Shown piece by piece: positions 60,801 through 64,000 of a DNA stretch of 64,000 bases. The position numbers and the translations under genes were made by a program. Source of the DNA: the human T2T-CHM13v2.0 reference genome, Homo sapiens; NCBI RefSeq assembly GCF_009914755.1, contig NC_060925.1. One strand, written 5' to 3'. Position 1 is the first letter of the stretch. Each line of letters starts with the position of its first letter. The notes beneath the pieces are model-generated. The model saw only the letters and a list, made by a program, of their open reading frames with translations. It had not been told where the DNA came from and did no database searches.

Positions 60801-63800
60801 CACTGTGAAGCACTGAAACAGCTACCTTCTTAATCATCGCCTGATGATATTGTGTTGAAACTGGAGGGGAGCACATGGCTGTTTTATAAGAGCCACAACC
60901 CTGGGAGATTTTCTTCATTGTTTAGTTGTTTTACTTCTTGATAGACATACTGGGATGTTAAAAGCATAGGACTGAAAATTGTGCATTATGGAGTTTTTTC
61001 TTTGTTCTCCTGCTGAATTTTTCTAGGTCTATGCAGACACTGTTTGTAAAGACAGTTTACCTCCTGACACCTGCTGTGTGCTAGGCACCTTCCTAGAACT
61101 GAAAACAAAACCCTTCCACCCATCAGCCTACTTTATTGTAGTTATTCTCACATGCAAAGTCCAAAAAAAACAAAACACACACACACTAAGCAAACATCAG
61201 TAATCAGAGAAGCATGATTGGTTACATAAGCACTGTGCATAGTAAGAGACCTGAAATATAAAATAACCATTTTTACTCTTCTTTCAGTCTGCAGATATGC
61301 CAACTAAGGGTAATACAGTTGAAATTATGGGGTAGATTTGGGGTTACATTTATATAGTGCTCTATCTAAGGATGCAGCTGTGCGTAATTAAACAAGCCCT
61401 GATAATTTGGATTCTAAGCTGCTTACTAGCTGTGTGACTTTGGACAAATTGCTTAAATCATCTTTTAAATACATGCAATAATCTCTATATCATTAGATTG
61501 TGGTGAAAATTAAGAGATGACATCTAAAATGCCAGAAAATATTAAATCCTCAGCTTGTAGTTACTTTTTCCATATCCCTATGTTCCACCTTTTAGTTCTA
61601 ACGTATTTTACAGGTAATCCCAGTGTAGCGAATGAACCAGATACAGGAAAGATTAACTACCTGGATCGAATGCTCAAAGAATCAAAGACCTAGTTGTCAT
61701 CTTTGTCATAGAATTAATCTATTTACTCTGGGTTCCTGAAACTAGTAAAAGAACCCTAACAAATAGCAGCAAACGAATTTTAGTGAAAGAGAACAATGAA
61801 ACATTTAATAGAAGACCAACTTCTAAGAACTACTTAATAAAAATGCCTTTTAATATTGAGGTGATTTCTGCTCAGGTCCACCCCACAAAGAGGACCTGGA
61901 CTGAGTTGAGCTGTGTTGCAACTCTTTCTCGCTTGTCAAAGTTGTAGCTCCTCCTCGTGTTGCTAAATCACAGCAGATGGCTTCCTTTTACACCCAACGC
62001 CATCAGTGGAATGTAAATGCGTCTCCTCACAACACTGAAAATACTGAGGCTGTGTGTTTAATCTGTGCTGTACAAGCCGAATGACCCTGAAAAGAACATG
62101 AGCACTGAGCACGTTTGGAGAATTGGCATCAATCCTTGGAAACAGGATTGGGGAGGATTTTTCAGGCCTAGTGACTAATCATGGTTTTCTTCCTGAGGCT
62201 CCTAACTCAGCCATATCCCTGAGGACAAGCAATCTAAATGGTGATTGAATAGAAAAGTTATAGACCCAAGGGAAGTATTTTTTTTTTTAAAGGGGCAGTG
62301 GGAGTGTTGTTTGGGGTATGGGAAAAAGTAGAGAGAGTTGCGCTGCACTGCAAAATTGAAGAGGCTTAGTTTATAGTTTGAACATTCAATTCTATGTCTC
62401 CTTGGGAGTTAAAAAAATAAAATTTCCCTGTTTCAGATTATTTAAGTCACTAAGAGGAATACTTTCTCTAAGCAATTACTTCAAAATTCAGAAATAATGT
62501 AAATAATTCATGTCAGTATGATACCAAGTATGAGACAAGAATTATCCAGAAAAAAAACTATATTTTGAGAGTATGAATAGCAAATTATAGAAATAAAATA
62601 TAATCAAGCACATTAGCCAGGTTATCTCAGCTTCTTTCTTAAATAGATCTCCAAGCTGCTTAGAAAACAGAGAACCTGATCTTCATTTTATTAAAACAGT
62701 CTCCAAAAATTAACCAGTGGCTAAAGGAGAAGAGAACTTGTCATGCAATTTGTCTTTTGAGCCTTTTGTAGCAAAGGAACAGAGTTCTTGTCACTTCTGC
62801 TTCCCACCTTTCCTTGGGCAAGGGTCTCAAACTATTATTTCAAAAAAAGATGTGGTCATTGTGAATATCATAATTACCCTATGTACTGTATATAACACAG
62901 ACTTAGAGATCCCAAAGCATAAAATAACCACTTTAGCTTTATTGTATGATCTAATTTTATAGCAGGTTATTAAATTCTGTGCTAAATTTATACATAGAGA
63001 TGGAGAAATTTTAGTTCAGCAGTATTTTTAAACTAATAGGAAAATGCTGTTAGACTTTATTTTTGTCCCCTCCAAGAATAAATGCTTTAGATTCCTCAAT
63101 ACAAATGAAAACCTAGCCTTTGCTTCTGTTGTGCTTTTGCGTATTTAGGTGAACTGTTAGTAAAGTCATACATAAGGTTTAGGGTTTGTTTTTATTTTTT
63201 TTTTAATCCTGCTAACTTTAAAACCTATAGACTTTTACCAAATGGCTTATGAAAGCCTGACTTCTGAAACAAACCTTTAGTTCTAAAACTAAATACTATT
63301 TCAATAAATCCTCATAATATGAAGGTTTCTATCTTTGCTGGTTGTCAGGTTGCTTGGTGTTTTAAGTTGCTTTGAGTTCATAGATTTTAGAAATGTTCAC
63401 TTGGGATCTGACCAGCCTCTCAGCTTCACAGGATCCATCTCTGTTTAGACATACCAAGTCTCAAACTATTTTGAAGAGAAAAGGCTGTGCAGTGAAAGGC
63501 TACCCATTAAAGCATGATGTGTGTCTTTCATCTTCCACTAGGCAGAGTTCGAAACTGAAAGTCTGATAATTTGATGTAAACTGACAGTGACAATAGAAAT
63601 GGCTACTTTTGAGATTATTTAAGAGAAGGTGCAAGGTATAGACATTCATCAATGAAACACTAAAGGAAAGGTTTTTATTTCTGTGTTTGCTTTTTAAAAT
63701 AAGAATAGAGTAAATGGCACAATAGATTATATAAACAAGGACTTCAATGACAAGCTGTCAAAGTTAAAATAATATATTTTACATGGGTGACTTGACGCCA

Positions 63801-64000
63801 CACTTTATCACTTACATGAGGGGAAGCCAATTTGAGTCTGGTCAATAAAACACAACCTCCAAAGTTGGGCCTGGGGCAAAGCTGACATAGTGTGGCAGAG
63901 CCTGGTGGTTTGGCATCCACTTCTGCTGGGACACAGCAGGAGTTGGCACTGCTACCATCTGGGGTATGTCCTACATTTAAGCCCTATTTGATTAATCAAC

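Overview
Human (primate) genomic DNA from the CRB1 (Crumbs homolog 1) gene on the + strand. The window runs from within intron 5 to within intron 11. Canonical exons 6-11 (EGF-like and laminin-G domains) are present with GT-AG boundaries and matching phases. Exons 1-5 and exon 12 (the CRB1-A TM/FERM/ERLI tail) lie outside. A complete second coding unit can be built inside the window: an alternative first coding exon (ATG 11764-11815, MFGARTHGFHILMAMLI), exons 6-11, and a read-through of the exon 11 donor adding a 41-aa hydrophobic/acidic tail (stop 40223-40225). This gives a 1003-aa protein that, from my recall of the literature, is the photoreceptor isoform CRB1-B, so it is described rather than new. 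Also visible are an exon 6 read-through (CRB1-C-type secreted form) and an in-frame MIR-derived cassette exon in intron 7. Repeats include a full-length sense SVA with TSDs, a young 5'-truncated AluYa5-like insert, and many other Alu/L1/L2/MIR/LTR/DNA-transposon copies. Two local duplications remain unexplained: a 104-bp, 96%-identical inverted repeat in intron 11 and a 127-bp direct repeat flanking exon 7. Repeat family names are by eye, not from a database search.
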